Source: Flavobacteriaceae bacterium
GTDB taxonomy: Bacteria; Bacteroidota; Bacteroidia; Flavobacteriales; Flavobacteriaceae
Assembly (NCBI GenBank): GCA_947446865.1
Contig: CANFHX010000004.1
Coordinates: 5,901-69,900, forward strand
Length of the DNA stretch: 64,000 nucleotides
Reading direction: 5' to 3'
Positions 37,952 to 46,312 of this stretch are shown here, piece after piece (positions within the stretch are counted from its first letter, which is position 1; each line of letters starts with the position of its first letter). The translations under genes were made by a program, and so were the position numbers. Under the pieces are notes generated by a model. It was not told the DNA's origin and ran no database searches. It was given only the letters and a program-made list of their open reading frames with translations.

Positions 37952-39358
37952 ATGAAAATTGAACAAATTTATACTGGTTGTTTAGCACAAGGTGCTTATT
38001 ATATTGAGAGCAATGGCGAAGTTGCAATTATTGACCCATTACGCGAAGTGCAACCCTATATTGACCGAGCCAATGCCGATAACGCATCTATAAAATATAT
38101 TTTTGAAACCCATTTCCATGCTGATTTTGTTAGCGGTCACGTGACTTTATCCGAAAAAACTAAGGCTCCAATAGTTTTTGGTCCAAATGCTAATCCGAGT
38201 TATGATGCAGTTGTAGCCACTGACGGACAAGTTTTTCCGCTTGGAGATATTACCATAACTTGCTTGCATACTCCTGGACATACTATGGAAAGTGCCTGTT
38301 ATTTGTTAAAAGACAAAGACGGAAAAGATTATGCTTTATTTAGTGGAGATACGGTGTTTTTAGGTGATGTTGGAAGACCCGATTTAGCCCAAAAAGCAGC
38401 CCACATGACACAAGAGGAATTGGCTGGTTTATTATTTGATAGTATTCAAACTAAAATAATGCCCTTAGCAGATGATGTAATTATATACCCAGCACATGGT
38501 GCCGGTAGCGCTTGTGGAAAAAATTTAAGCAAAGAGACTGTTGGAACCATTGGCGATCAAAAAGCTACTAATTATGCGCTTCGTGCCAACATGACCCGTC
38601 AAGAATTCATTAACGAAGTTACCGATGGCTTGCTGCCTCCTCCTGCTTATTTTCCGATGAATGTGAAATTAAATAAAGAAGGTTATGGCAATGTAGAAGA
38701 CATCATAAGCAATGCCAAAGCGCTAAATGCGAAAGATTTTGAACTTATAGCCAATGAAACCAGTGCTTTGATTTTGGATGTTCGTAGTGAAGATGAATTT
38801 GCTAAAGGACATATTCCTAATTCCATTTTTATCGGAATTAATGGTGCTTTTGCCCCTTGGGTTGGTGCTTTAATTTTGGATATTAAACAACCCATTCTTT
38901 TGGTAACCCCAATTGGAAAAGAAGCAGAAACTATAAAAAGATTAGCCCGTGTTGGATATGATGCCACCATTGGATATTTGGAAGGTGGATTGGAAACATG
39001 GAAAAATGCGGGCTTCGAATTGGATACAATAAATTGTATTTCTGCTGAAACTTTAGAAGAAAAAATACAAGAGAATATAGCAGTTTTTGATGTTAGAAAA
39101 CCAGGCGAATATACTGCCGAACATCTTAACGAAGCACCTTCTACTCCTTTGGATTTTTTAAACGATCATTTATCGGAATTTCCAAAAGAGAAAGAATTTT
39201 ATCTTTTTTGCGCTGGCGGATACCGCTCTATGATTGCGGCGTCCATCCTTAAAGCAAGAGGATACGATAATGTAATTAATGTAAATGGCGGATTTGCTGC
39301 CATCAAAAAAACCGGAATTAAAACAACAAATTTTGTTTGTCCATCTACTATTAAATAA
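37952..39358 (+). CDS. Persulfide dioxygenase-like MBL-fold protein fused to two rhodanese domains (CstB/Blh-like)
   Basis: ETHFHADFVSG, HTPGHT, GDVGRPDL, PAHGAGSACG. Rhodanese LDVR...GHIP and DVR...FCAGGYRS. Confidence 0.9.
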   Translation: MKIEQIYTGCLAQGAYYIESNGEVAIIDPLREVQPYIDRANADNASIKYIFETHFHADFVSGHVTLSEKTKAPIVFGPNANPSYDAVVATDGQVFPLGDITITCLHTPGHTMESACYLLKDKDGKDYALFSGDTVFLGDVGRPDLAQKAAHMTQEELAGLLFDSIQTKIMPLADDVIIYPAHGAGSACGKNLSKETVGTIGDQKATNYALRANMTRQEFINEVTDGLLPPPAYFPMNVKLNKEGYGNVEDIISNAKALNAKDFELIANETSALILDVRSEDEFAKGHIPNSIFIGINGAFAPWVGALILDIKQPILLVTPIGKEAETIKRLARVGYDATIGYLEGGLETWKNAGFELDTINCISAETLEEKIQENIAVFDVRKPGEYTAEHLNEAPSTPLDFLNDHLSEFPKEKEFYLFCAGGYRSMIAASILKARGYDNVINVNGGFAAIKKTGIKTTNFVCPSTIK

Positions 39359-39549
39359 TGAAAAATATTTTATTTACAAATTGGAATATAATGCGAATTA
39401 TTCGTTTGGCTTTTGCGATAGTATTATTTACTCAAGCGGCTCAAAAGTTCGAGTGGTATTTAATTATATTTGGATTGTTTTTTCTGGTTCAAGCAGTATT
39501 TAATTTTGGATGTAGTGCCAACGGATGTGCAATTCCTAAAAAGAAATAA
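39358..39549 (+). CDS. Small 2-TM protein (DUF2892/YgaP-like)
   Basis: MRIIRL, two TM helices, C-terminal FGCSANGC. Translationally coupled to the upstream gene. Confidence 0.75.
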   Translation: MKNILFTNWNIMRIIRLAFAIVLFTQAAQKFEWYLIIFGLFFLVQAVFNFGCSANGCAIPKKK

Positions 39550-39551
39550 AG

Positions 39552-39857
39552 ATGAATAGTTCCTTTCAAGCTCTAATAGCTTCCGAAAAACCAGTATTAA
39601 TAGATTTCTATGCAACTTGGTGTGGTCCTTGCAAAATGCTTTTCCCAATATTAAAAGAAGTAAAAGACACTTTGCAAGAAGAACTATCAATTATTAAAAT
39701 TGATGTAGATAAAAACCAAGAAATTGCAGCATTATATCAAGTTCGAAGCGTTCCAACACTACTATTATTTCAAAACGGAAAAGTAATTTGGCGGCAATCG
39801 GGAGTAGTTCCTAAAGAAGAAATAATACAAAATATTAAGGCTAAAAATATTTCCTAA
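39552..39857 (+). CDS. Thioredoxin
   Basis: FYATWCGPCK, SVPTL. Confidence 0.93.
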   Translation: MNSSFQALIASEKPVLIDFYATWCGPCKMLFPILKEVKDTLQEELSIIKIDVDKNQEIAALYQVRSVPTLLLFQNGKVIWRQSGVVPKEEIIQNIKAKNIS

Positions 39858-39945
39858 TTATTATGATAAATTTAGCAATCGCATTATAATATTTTTTTTA
39901 TATTTGAAATATAAATAATAAAACAACAATTTAAAACAATAAACA

Positions 39946-40128
39946 ATGAAAAAAGTAATTTCAGTTATGGCGGTTGCGGCATTCTTATTTGCTGCTAATG
40001 TAAATGCTCAAGAGCAAAAACCAAAAGAAGAAAAAAAAGAGTGTAGCAAAAAAGAAATGAAATCTTGTGATAAAGATAAAAAAGGTGGATGTTGCGCTGG
40101 AAAAAAAGCAGCAGAAAAAAAATCTTAA
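39946..40128 (+). CDS. Small secreted Lys/Cys-rich peptide
   Basis: Signal peptide ending VNAQ, mature part KKECSKKEMKSCDKDKKGGCC. Own -7 element TATATTTG and terminator. Confidence 0.8.
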   Translation: MKKVISVMAVAAFLFAANVNAQEQKPKEEKKECSKKEMKSCDKDKKGGCCAGKKAAEKKS

Positions 40129-40149
40129 TTAAAGATTTAAATCAATTTT

Positions 40150-40179
40150 AAGTGCTTGAGAAATCAGGCACTTTTTTTT
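40150..40179 (+). terminator. Rho-independent terminator
   Basis: aagtgcttga-gaaa-tcaggcactt plus T run. Confidence 0.85.
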
Positions 40180-40290
40180 GTGTTAATCCTAAATAAAATC
40201 GGGAGTTTTGACTATTTTTGTGTTTACTAATTCTAAAGTGTAAATCACAAATACGAAGGGTGATAACAATTCTATTTATAATTCATTACC

Positions 40291-40959
40291 ATGTCAATAG
40301 CCCAAAACCTACTACAAATAAAATCCCAACTTCCAAATCACGTAACCTTGGTAGCAGTTTCTAAAACCAAACCGGTTGCCGATTTAATGGAAGCCTACAA
40401 TGCTGGTCAACGTATTTTTGGTGAAAACAAAATCCAAGAAATGACCGAAAAATGGGAACAAATGCCCAAAGACATTCAGTGGCACATGATTGGGCATGTG
40501 CAAACCAACAAGGTTAAATTCATGGCAGAATACGTGAGTTTGATTCATGGTGTGGATAGTTTGAAATTACTGCAAGAAATCAACAAGCAAGCACTAAAAC
40601 ACCATCGCGTAATTGATTGTTTATTACAGATTTACATCGCCGATGAGAAAACAAAATTTGGTTTAGATGAAACTGAATTAGTAGAATTACTAACTTCCAA
40701 TGAATTCAAAGAATTACAAAACATACGAATTGTTGGTTTAATGGGAATGGCAACTTTTACGGATAATCAAAACCAAATCAAAGAAGAATTTGAACATTTA
40801 AAAGAGATTTTCGACAACACAAATAAACTTGAAACCTTAAACCTGAAACTCGAAACTCTTTCCATGGGCATGTCTGGCGATTATAAACTAGCAATGGATT
40901 GCGGAAGTACTATGGTTCGGATAGGAAGTAGTATCTTTGGCAATAGAAATTATCAATAA
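40291..40959 (+). CDS. yggS: PLP homeostasis protein YggS/PROSC family
   Basis: VAVSKTK, FGENKIQE, WHMIGHVQTNK, GLMGM, SMGMSGD, VRIGSSIFG. Confidence 0.95.
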   Translation: MSIAQNLLQIKSQLPNHVTLVAVSKTKPVADLMEAYNAGQRIFGENKIQEMTEKWEQMPKDIQWHMIGHVQTNKVKFMAEYVSLIHGVDSLKLLQEINKQALKHHRVIDCLLQIYIADEKTKFGLDETELVELLTSNEFKELQNIRIVGLMGMATFTDNQNQIKEEFEHLKEIFDNTNKLETLNLKLETLSMGMSGDYKLAMDCGSTMVRIGSSIFGNRNYQ

Positions 40960-41026
40960 TCCTTTTGGTTAAGTATGAGATTCCTATAAAATGACAAACT
41001 GAACACCGAACACTGAACACTAGCAT

Positions 41027-42388
41027 TTGTACGCAATAATAGACATAGAAACTACCGGAGGGCAATTCAACGAAGAAGGAATTACCGAAATCGCTATCTA
41101 CAAATTTGATGGTAGCGAAGTCGTGGACCAGTTCATCAGTTTGGTGAATCCCGAGAAACCCATTCAACCCTTTGTGGTGAAATTAACGGGGATCAATAAT
41201 GCTATGTTGCGTTCGGCTCCAAAGTTTTTTGAAGTTGCAAAACGAATTATTGAAATTACCGAAGGCTGCATCCTAGTGGCGCACAACACCTCCTTTGATT
41301 ACCGAATATTGCGATGCGAATTCAATCGTTTGGGATATGATTTTGTAAAACCAACCCTTTGCACGGTAGAATTATCCAAAAAATTAATCCCAGAACAACC
41401 TTCCTATAGTTTAGGAAAATTAGTCCGAGCACTCGGAATCCCAATGTCCGATAGGCATAGAGCCAGTGGTGATGCACTTGCTACGGTAAAATTATTTCAA
41501 ATGCTTTTGGCAAAAGATACCGAGAAAGAAATTTTAATCGGATTGATAAAAGCTGAAATAAAAAGCGGTCTTTCTCCTAAATTATTAGACATTGTAGAAG
41601 GGCTTCCTAGCAAAACTGGAATTTATTACATACATAATGAAAAAGGCGATTTAATTTATATCGGAAAAAGTAAAAACATAAAAAAAAGAGTCAACCAGCA
41701 TTTCACAGGTAAAAACAGCAAAAGCAAAAAGTTACAATTGCAGGTTTTCACCGTTACTTATGAAGAAACTGGCAGCGAACTAGTGGCACTTTTAAAGGAA
41801 AGCGAAGAAATAAAAATCAACAAACCCATTCACAATCGGGCGCAGCGAAAAAGCATTTTTCAATGGGCGTTGTATGAAGTGCTGGATGACAATGGCTATC
41901 TAAACCTAAAACTTCTTAAAGCCGATGGCCGCAAGAAAGAAATAACGTCCTACACCACCGCTCAAGAAGGAAAAAATGCCCTATTTCGCATTACCGAAAA
42001 ATACAATTTGTGTCAAAAATTAAACGGATTATACGAAACCCAAAACGGCTGTTTTCAGCATAAAATAAACGAATGCAACGGAGCTTGTTTGGGCAAAGAA
42101 ACTCCCGAAGTTTACAACCAAAGAGTCGAAGAATTTCTTACCGAAATGGCATTTGAAAACAACAACATGATTATCGTAGATCGTGGCAGAAAAGTGAGTG
42201 AACGAATCGCAATTTTAATTGAAAACGGCATCTATAAAGGCTATTGTTTTTATGATTTAAATTACCAAATCACCAATGTCGAAGTATTGAAAAACATACT
42301 AATTCCGATGCAAAACAACCGCGATACTCGAACAATAATTCAAAGTTATTTGCGTAAAAATAAAGTAATGAAAATTATAAAGTTTTAA
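41027..42388 (+). CDS. DEDDh exonuclease (DnaQ-like) fused to a GIY-YIG/UvrC-N (Cho-like) nuclease
   Basis: IIDIETTG, AHNTSFD, HRASGDA, GIYYI...YIGKSKNIKKRV, Cys motif C...CFQHKINECNGAC. TTG start. Confidence 0.88.
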   Translation: MYAIIDIETTGGQFNEEGITEIAIYKFDGSEVVDQFISLVNPEKPIQPFVVKLTGINNAMLRSAPKFFEVAKRIIEITEGCILVAHNTSFDYRILRCEFNRLGYDFVKPTLCTVELSKKLIPEQPSYSLGKLVRALGIPMSDRHRASGDALATVKLFQMLLAKDTEKEILIGLIKAEIKSGLSPKLLDIVEGLPSKTGIYYIHNEKGDLIYIGKSKNIKKRVNQHFTGKNSKSKKLQLQVFTVTYEETGSELVALLKESEEIKINKPIHNRAQRKSIFQWALYEVLDDNGYLNLKLLKADGRKKEITSYTTAQEGKNALFRITEKYNLCQKLNGLYETQNGCFQHKINECNGACLGKETPEVYNQRVEEFLTEMAFENNNMIIVDRGRKVSERIAILIENGIYKGYCFYDLNYQITNVEVLKNILIPMQNNRDTRTIIQSYLRKNKVMKIIKF

Positions 42389-42397
42389 TTTTTTTAA

Positions 42398-42479
42398 GGA
42401 GCCATTTCCTGCTATCCGTTACAATCTTTTCTTTTTTTAAAGAAAAAAAAGAAAAGGATTTCCACTGCTATCAGGGCTA
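42398..42479 (+). repeat. Modular 3'-UTR repeat, copy B (Flavo-1-like candidate) with poly-U/poly-A hairpin
   Basis: GGAGCCATTTCCTGCTATCCGTTACAATC-T-rich/A-rich-GGATTTCCACTGCTATCAGGGCTA. Confidence 0.82.
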
Positions 42480-42507
42480 GACCTACCAATCATTAGGCAT
42501 TTTATAA

Positions 42508-43467
42508 ATGCTTTGGATAAAACAAACTGAAGTTTTGAAAAAAAATATTTTAATAACCATCATCGGGCCAACCGCCATCGGAAAAACTTCCTTAAGTATT
42601 GCTTTGGCGCAACATTTTGGTTGCGATATAATTTCCTGTGATAGTCGGCAGTTTTTTAAAGAAATGAAAATTGGTACCGCAGTTCCAACAGATGCTGAAT
42701 TGGCAGGAGCACCCCATCATTTTATTCAAAATAAATCCATTTTTGAAAACTATACCGTTGGCGATTTCGAGAAAGAAGCCATTGCCAAATTAGACGAATT
42801 ATTCTTAAAAAATAACATTCAAATAATGGTTGGTGGCTCAGGATTGTATGTCGATGCAGTATTAAAAGGATTGGATTCTTTTCCAGCTATTGCTCCAGAA
42901 ATTCGGGATGAAGTTCGAACCACCTTTGAAGAAAAAGGATTGGATTACCTTCAAAATAAATTAAAAGAAATGGATGCTTTGTATTATGAATCGTTGTTGC
43001 AAAACAATCCACAAACACTTCAAAATCCGCACCGAATGATGCGTTTTGTAGAAGTTTGTTTAGGAACAAGTAAACCCTATTCTTCCTTTATTAATAAAAA
43101 AGAAAACAAGCGCAACTTCACTCCTATTGTTATTGGCTTAGAAGCCAATCGCGAAATAATGTACAACAGAATCAACCAAAGAGTGGATATAATGCTTAAC
43201 GAAGGACAACTGCAAGAAGCCGAAAGATTGTTCCCAAACAAAGAATTGAATGCCTTGCAAACGGTTGGTTATAGAGAATTGTTTGATTATTTTGAAGGAA
43301 AAATCACTTTAGATTTTGCCATTGAAGAAATCAAGAAAAACACTAGACGCTTTTCTAAAAGACAATTAACTTGGTTTAAACGAACCGAAAATGCAATTTG
43401 GTTTGATTATTTAACTGATAGAAAAGAGATAATAGATAATTTACAATTGATAATAGATAATTCATAA
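42508..43467 (+). CDS. miaA: tRNA dimethylallyltransferase
   Basis: GPTAIGKT, ISCDSRQ, IGTA, VGGSGLY, TVGYREL, SKRQLTWF. True start may be TTG 42535. Confidence 0.96.
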   Translation: MLWIKQTEVLKKNILITIIGPTAIGKTSLSIALAQHFGCDIISCDSRQFFKEMKIGTAVPTDAELAGAPHHFIQNKSIFENYTVGDFEKEAIAKLDELFLKNNIQIMVGGSGLYVDAVLKGLDSFPAIAPEIRDEVRTTFEEKGLDYLQNKLKEMDALYYESLLQNNPQTLQNPHRMMRFVEVCLGTSKPYSSFINKKENKRNFTPIVIGLEANREIMYNRINQRVDIMLNEGQLQEAERLFPNKELNALQTVGYRELFDYFEGKITLDFAIEEIKKNTRRFSKRQLTWFKRTENAIWFDYLTDRKEIIDNLQLIIDNS

Positions 43468-43473
43468 TTAAAA

Positions 43474-44199
43474 ATGCCAATAGCGCCTAACTTCACTTCG
43501 ATACTAACTAGAGATTGGGAAATTAATTTTTTGCAATGCTACCCCAACGGCTATTTAAAATATACCGAATTGTGCAATCTTTTTCAGTTGACTGCTGCAA
43601 CACATTCAGAAATTGGTGGGATTAGTTTTAGCGACATGCAAGAATACAATCAGGCATGGGTGCTCAGTAAAATGCGAGTGGAAATACATCGTTTACCCAA
43701 ATGGAAAGATACCGTAACGGTAAAAACTTGGATACATTCGTTAGAGAATTCGCGTTCTACTCGTTGCTTAGAATTGTATATTGGTGAGGAGAAAATAGTG
43801 GGTTGCGAAACCTTTTGGGCGGTGTTCAACACCACAACCCGAAGACCCGAGGCTTTGGCTTTACCCCACGAACATTTTGAAAAATATCCTAATCATATTT
43901 CCATTGAGAAGACTTTTTCTAAAATAAATATCGCTCAAGAATTGGATGTAGTGCACCAAAGAGTGGTGCAATTATCCGACTTGGATATTGTAAATCATGC
44001 CAATAGTGTGAAATATTTAGAATGGTGCTTGGATTGCATGGAACCCAAACTGCTCTTAAACCGAAGTTTGAAGAGTTTTGAAATGAATTTCTTGAAAGAA
44101 GTATCGCATTTGGATGCTATCGAAATCGCAAGAAATTCAAATCTTTTTACCATTCAGAAAGAAGGAAAAACTTGTTTTGCGTTGGAACTTGAATTTTAA
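43474..44199 (+). CDS. Acyl-ACP thioesterase (double hotdog)
   Basis: AWVLSKMRVE, TVKTW, DLDIVNHANSVKY. Confidence 0.88.
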   Translation: MPIAPNFTSILTRDWEINFLQCYPNGYLKYTELCNLFQLTAATHSEIGGISFSDMQEYNQAWVLSKMRVEIHRLPKWKDTVTVKTWIHSLENSRSTRCLELYIGEEKIVGCETFWAVFNTTTRRPEALALPHEHFEKYPNHISIEKTFSKINIAQELDVVHQRVVQLSDLDIVNHANSVKYLEWCLDCMEPKLLLNRSLKSFEMNFLKEVSHLDAIEIARNSNLFTIQKEGKTCFALELEF

Positions 44200-44317
44200 A
44201 ATTAGAGCTTTTTTTTATTCTACAGCGTTAGTCCATTTAGTAATAGAAAGTTTTGCTTAGCAAAAATCTATTTATTTATGTAAATTTATTAGAAACCTAA
44301 CTGATAAAAAATATATT

Positions 44318-45307
44318 TTATTTTTTCAAGAAATCAATCAATCCATTCATATACGTTTGTTGGTCGTCATACATACTCATATGGCTTCCGTTAGCGCAAT
44401 ATAAATAAGTTCCTTTTGGGAATTGAGTAGCCATCCATTTCATGTATTCAGGATCCATAGTGTCGTATTTCCCTCCAATAACTAAAGTTGGAATCGTAAT
44501 GTTTTTCAATTCTTTAGAAACATCCCACTTAGCTAATTTACCAGAAAGTCCTAATTCACTTGGTCCTTGCATAGTAATGTATAAGGATTGATTCATTCTT
44601 CCCGAAGATCTAGTTACCGGTTCCGGCCATTCAGTAAGAGGTTTTCTTAAAATGTGTTGGTTGTAGAAATTTGCCATTAACAATTCCATGTATTTAGGAT
44701 TGGCATAATCTTTTTTGGCTTCCAAATCTTTGATGGTTTTTAAGACATCCGGATTCATTTGTTTTTCTAAAATTTTAGAATATTCTCCATATTTAGGGCA
44801 ACTAGCCATCATATTAGAAACCACTAAACCTTTTAAATTATTTTGGTATTTCAAGGCATATTGCATGGCTAAAATTCCACCCCAAGAATGTCCTAACAAA
44901 TAAAAATTATCATTATTAAGATGTAAGGCCACACGAACTTGCTCTACTTCCTCTACATATCGGGGTAAATCCCACATGGTAGTATCATTAGGATTTTCTG
45001 AAAAACCAGTCCCCAATTGATCATAATAAATAAATTCGATTCCTTCTTTAGGAAGAAAACTTTCCATACACTCAAAATATTCGTGCGACAATCCGGGACC
45101 GCCATTTAGCAATAGCACTTTTATTTTCGGATTATTTCCAAAACGTTTCGTCCAAACATTAAACTTACCTTTTGGAGTTTCAATTGCAATCATTTTAACT
45201 CCGCCATTTTGAATTCCGGTTTCTTCCGATTGGAAGTAAGTAGAAGGTTTTTCTTGCTTACAAGATATTAAAGTAAGAAAGGCGAAAAACATAATTATTT
45301 TTTTCAT
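44318..45307 (-). CDS. Proline iminopeptidase-family alpha/beta hydrolase lipoprotein
   Basis: GGPG, YDQLG, GHSWGG nucleophile elbow, GSH, lipobox LISC. Confidence 0.88.
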   Translation of the reverse strand: MKKIIMFFAFLTLISCKQEKPSTYFQSEETGIQNGGVKMIAIETPKGKFNVWTKRFGNNPKIKVLLLNGGPGLSHEYFECMESFLPKEGIEFIYYDQLGTGFSENPNDTTMWDLPRYVEEVEQVRVALHLNNDNFYLLGHSWGGILAMQYALKYQNNLKGLVVSNMMASCPKYGEYSKILEKQMNPDVLKTIKDLEAKKDYANPKYMELLMANFYNQHILRKPLTEWPEPVTRSSGRMNQSLYITMQGPSELGLSGKLAKWDVSKELKNITIPTLVIGGKYDTMDPEYMKWMATQFPKGTYLYCANGSHMSMYDDQQTYMNGLIDFLKK

Positions 45308-45332
45308 AATTGGTTAGTTTTAGGTTGTACTA

Positions 45333-45395
45333 TTGGGTATTGGGTTTTGGAATTTGGAAGTTGGAAGTTGGAATTTGGAAGTTGGAATTTGTAAT
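45333..45395. repeat. Nine degenerate heptamers (TTGGAAN) after the ppx stop
   Basis: ttgggta ttgggtt ttggaat ttggaag ttggaag ttggaat ttggaag ttggaat ttgtaat. Confidence 0.9.
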
Positions 45396-45396
45396 T

Positions 45397-46287
45397 TTAT
45401 ATAGTCCCATAATACATTGCTTTCACAATTCCATCGGAAAGTCCTATTTTAGGTACATATATTTGTCGAGCACCACTCCATTTCATAGCATTCAGATAAA
45501 TTCTGGTTGCTGGAATGATAACATCGGCACGGTCGGTATTTAATCCGAGTTCGGCAATTCGTTGCTCGTAAGTTAAAGAATTCAAATATTGGTATTGCGA
45601 ATTCAAATACAAGAACGACAACGGTTTATCTTGCTGTTTTTCAGAAAGTTTGAATAGTTTATTAATATTTCCACCCGAACCAATTAGTGTAATATTTTCA
45701 TAGGGTGCACAATTGGTGGTAATCCATTTTTCAATTTCTTGCCAAACCACTTCATTTACCATATCGTTTAATAATCGAACGGTTCCGTTTTTAAACGATT
45801 TAGAAGCCACCATTTCACCATCTGCAAAAAGTGAAAATTCAGTGCTACCGCCACCAACATCTACATACAAGTACGTTTTATCTGTAACAATAAAATTATG
45901 CAAATCAGAAGATGCTATAATTGCAGCTTCTTGTTTTCCGTCAATTATTTCAATTTTAATTTTTGATTTTTCTAAAATAATTTCTACAACTTCTTTTCCA
46001 TTATAAGCTTCTCTCATTGCCGAAGTAGCACAAGCTTTATATTTATCTACCTTATATACTTTCATTAAAAGTCGAAATGCTTCCATAGCATCTACCATTC
46101 TATCGATATTTTCGGGAGTGATTTCTCCAACAGTAAAGGCATCTTGACCTAAACGTATAGGTACTCTTATAAGTGCCGATTTGTTAAATTGGGTTTCTTT
46201 TCCTTCTTGTTCAACTACGTTAGTTATAAGCAACCGCATAGCATTGGAACCAATATCTATTGCAGCATATTTTTTTATTGAAATCAT
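45397..46287 (-). CDS. ppx: Ppx/GppA-family exopolyphosphatase (short form)
   Basis: AAIDIGSNAMR, ATSAMREA, VDVGGGSTE, RADVI. Confidence 0.9.
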   Translation of the reverse strand: MISIKKYAAIDIGSNAMRLLITNVVEQEGKETQFNKSALIRVPIRLGQDAFTVGEITPENIDRMVDAMEAFRLLMKVYKVDKYKACATSAMREAYNGKEVVEIILEKSKIKIEIIDGKQEAAIIASSDLHNFIVTDKTYLYVDVGGGSTEFSLFADGEMVASKSFKNGTVRLLNDMVNEVVWQEIEKWITTNCAPYENITLIGSGGNINKLFKLSEKQQDKPLSFLYLNSQYQYLNSLTYEQRIAELGLNTDRADVIIPATRIYLNAMKWSGARQIYVPKIGLSDGIVKAMYYGTI

Positions 46288-46312
46288 TTATATTTTGGTG
46301 CTTACTATATAT

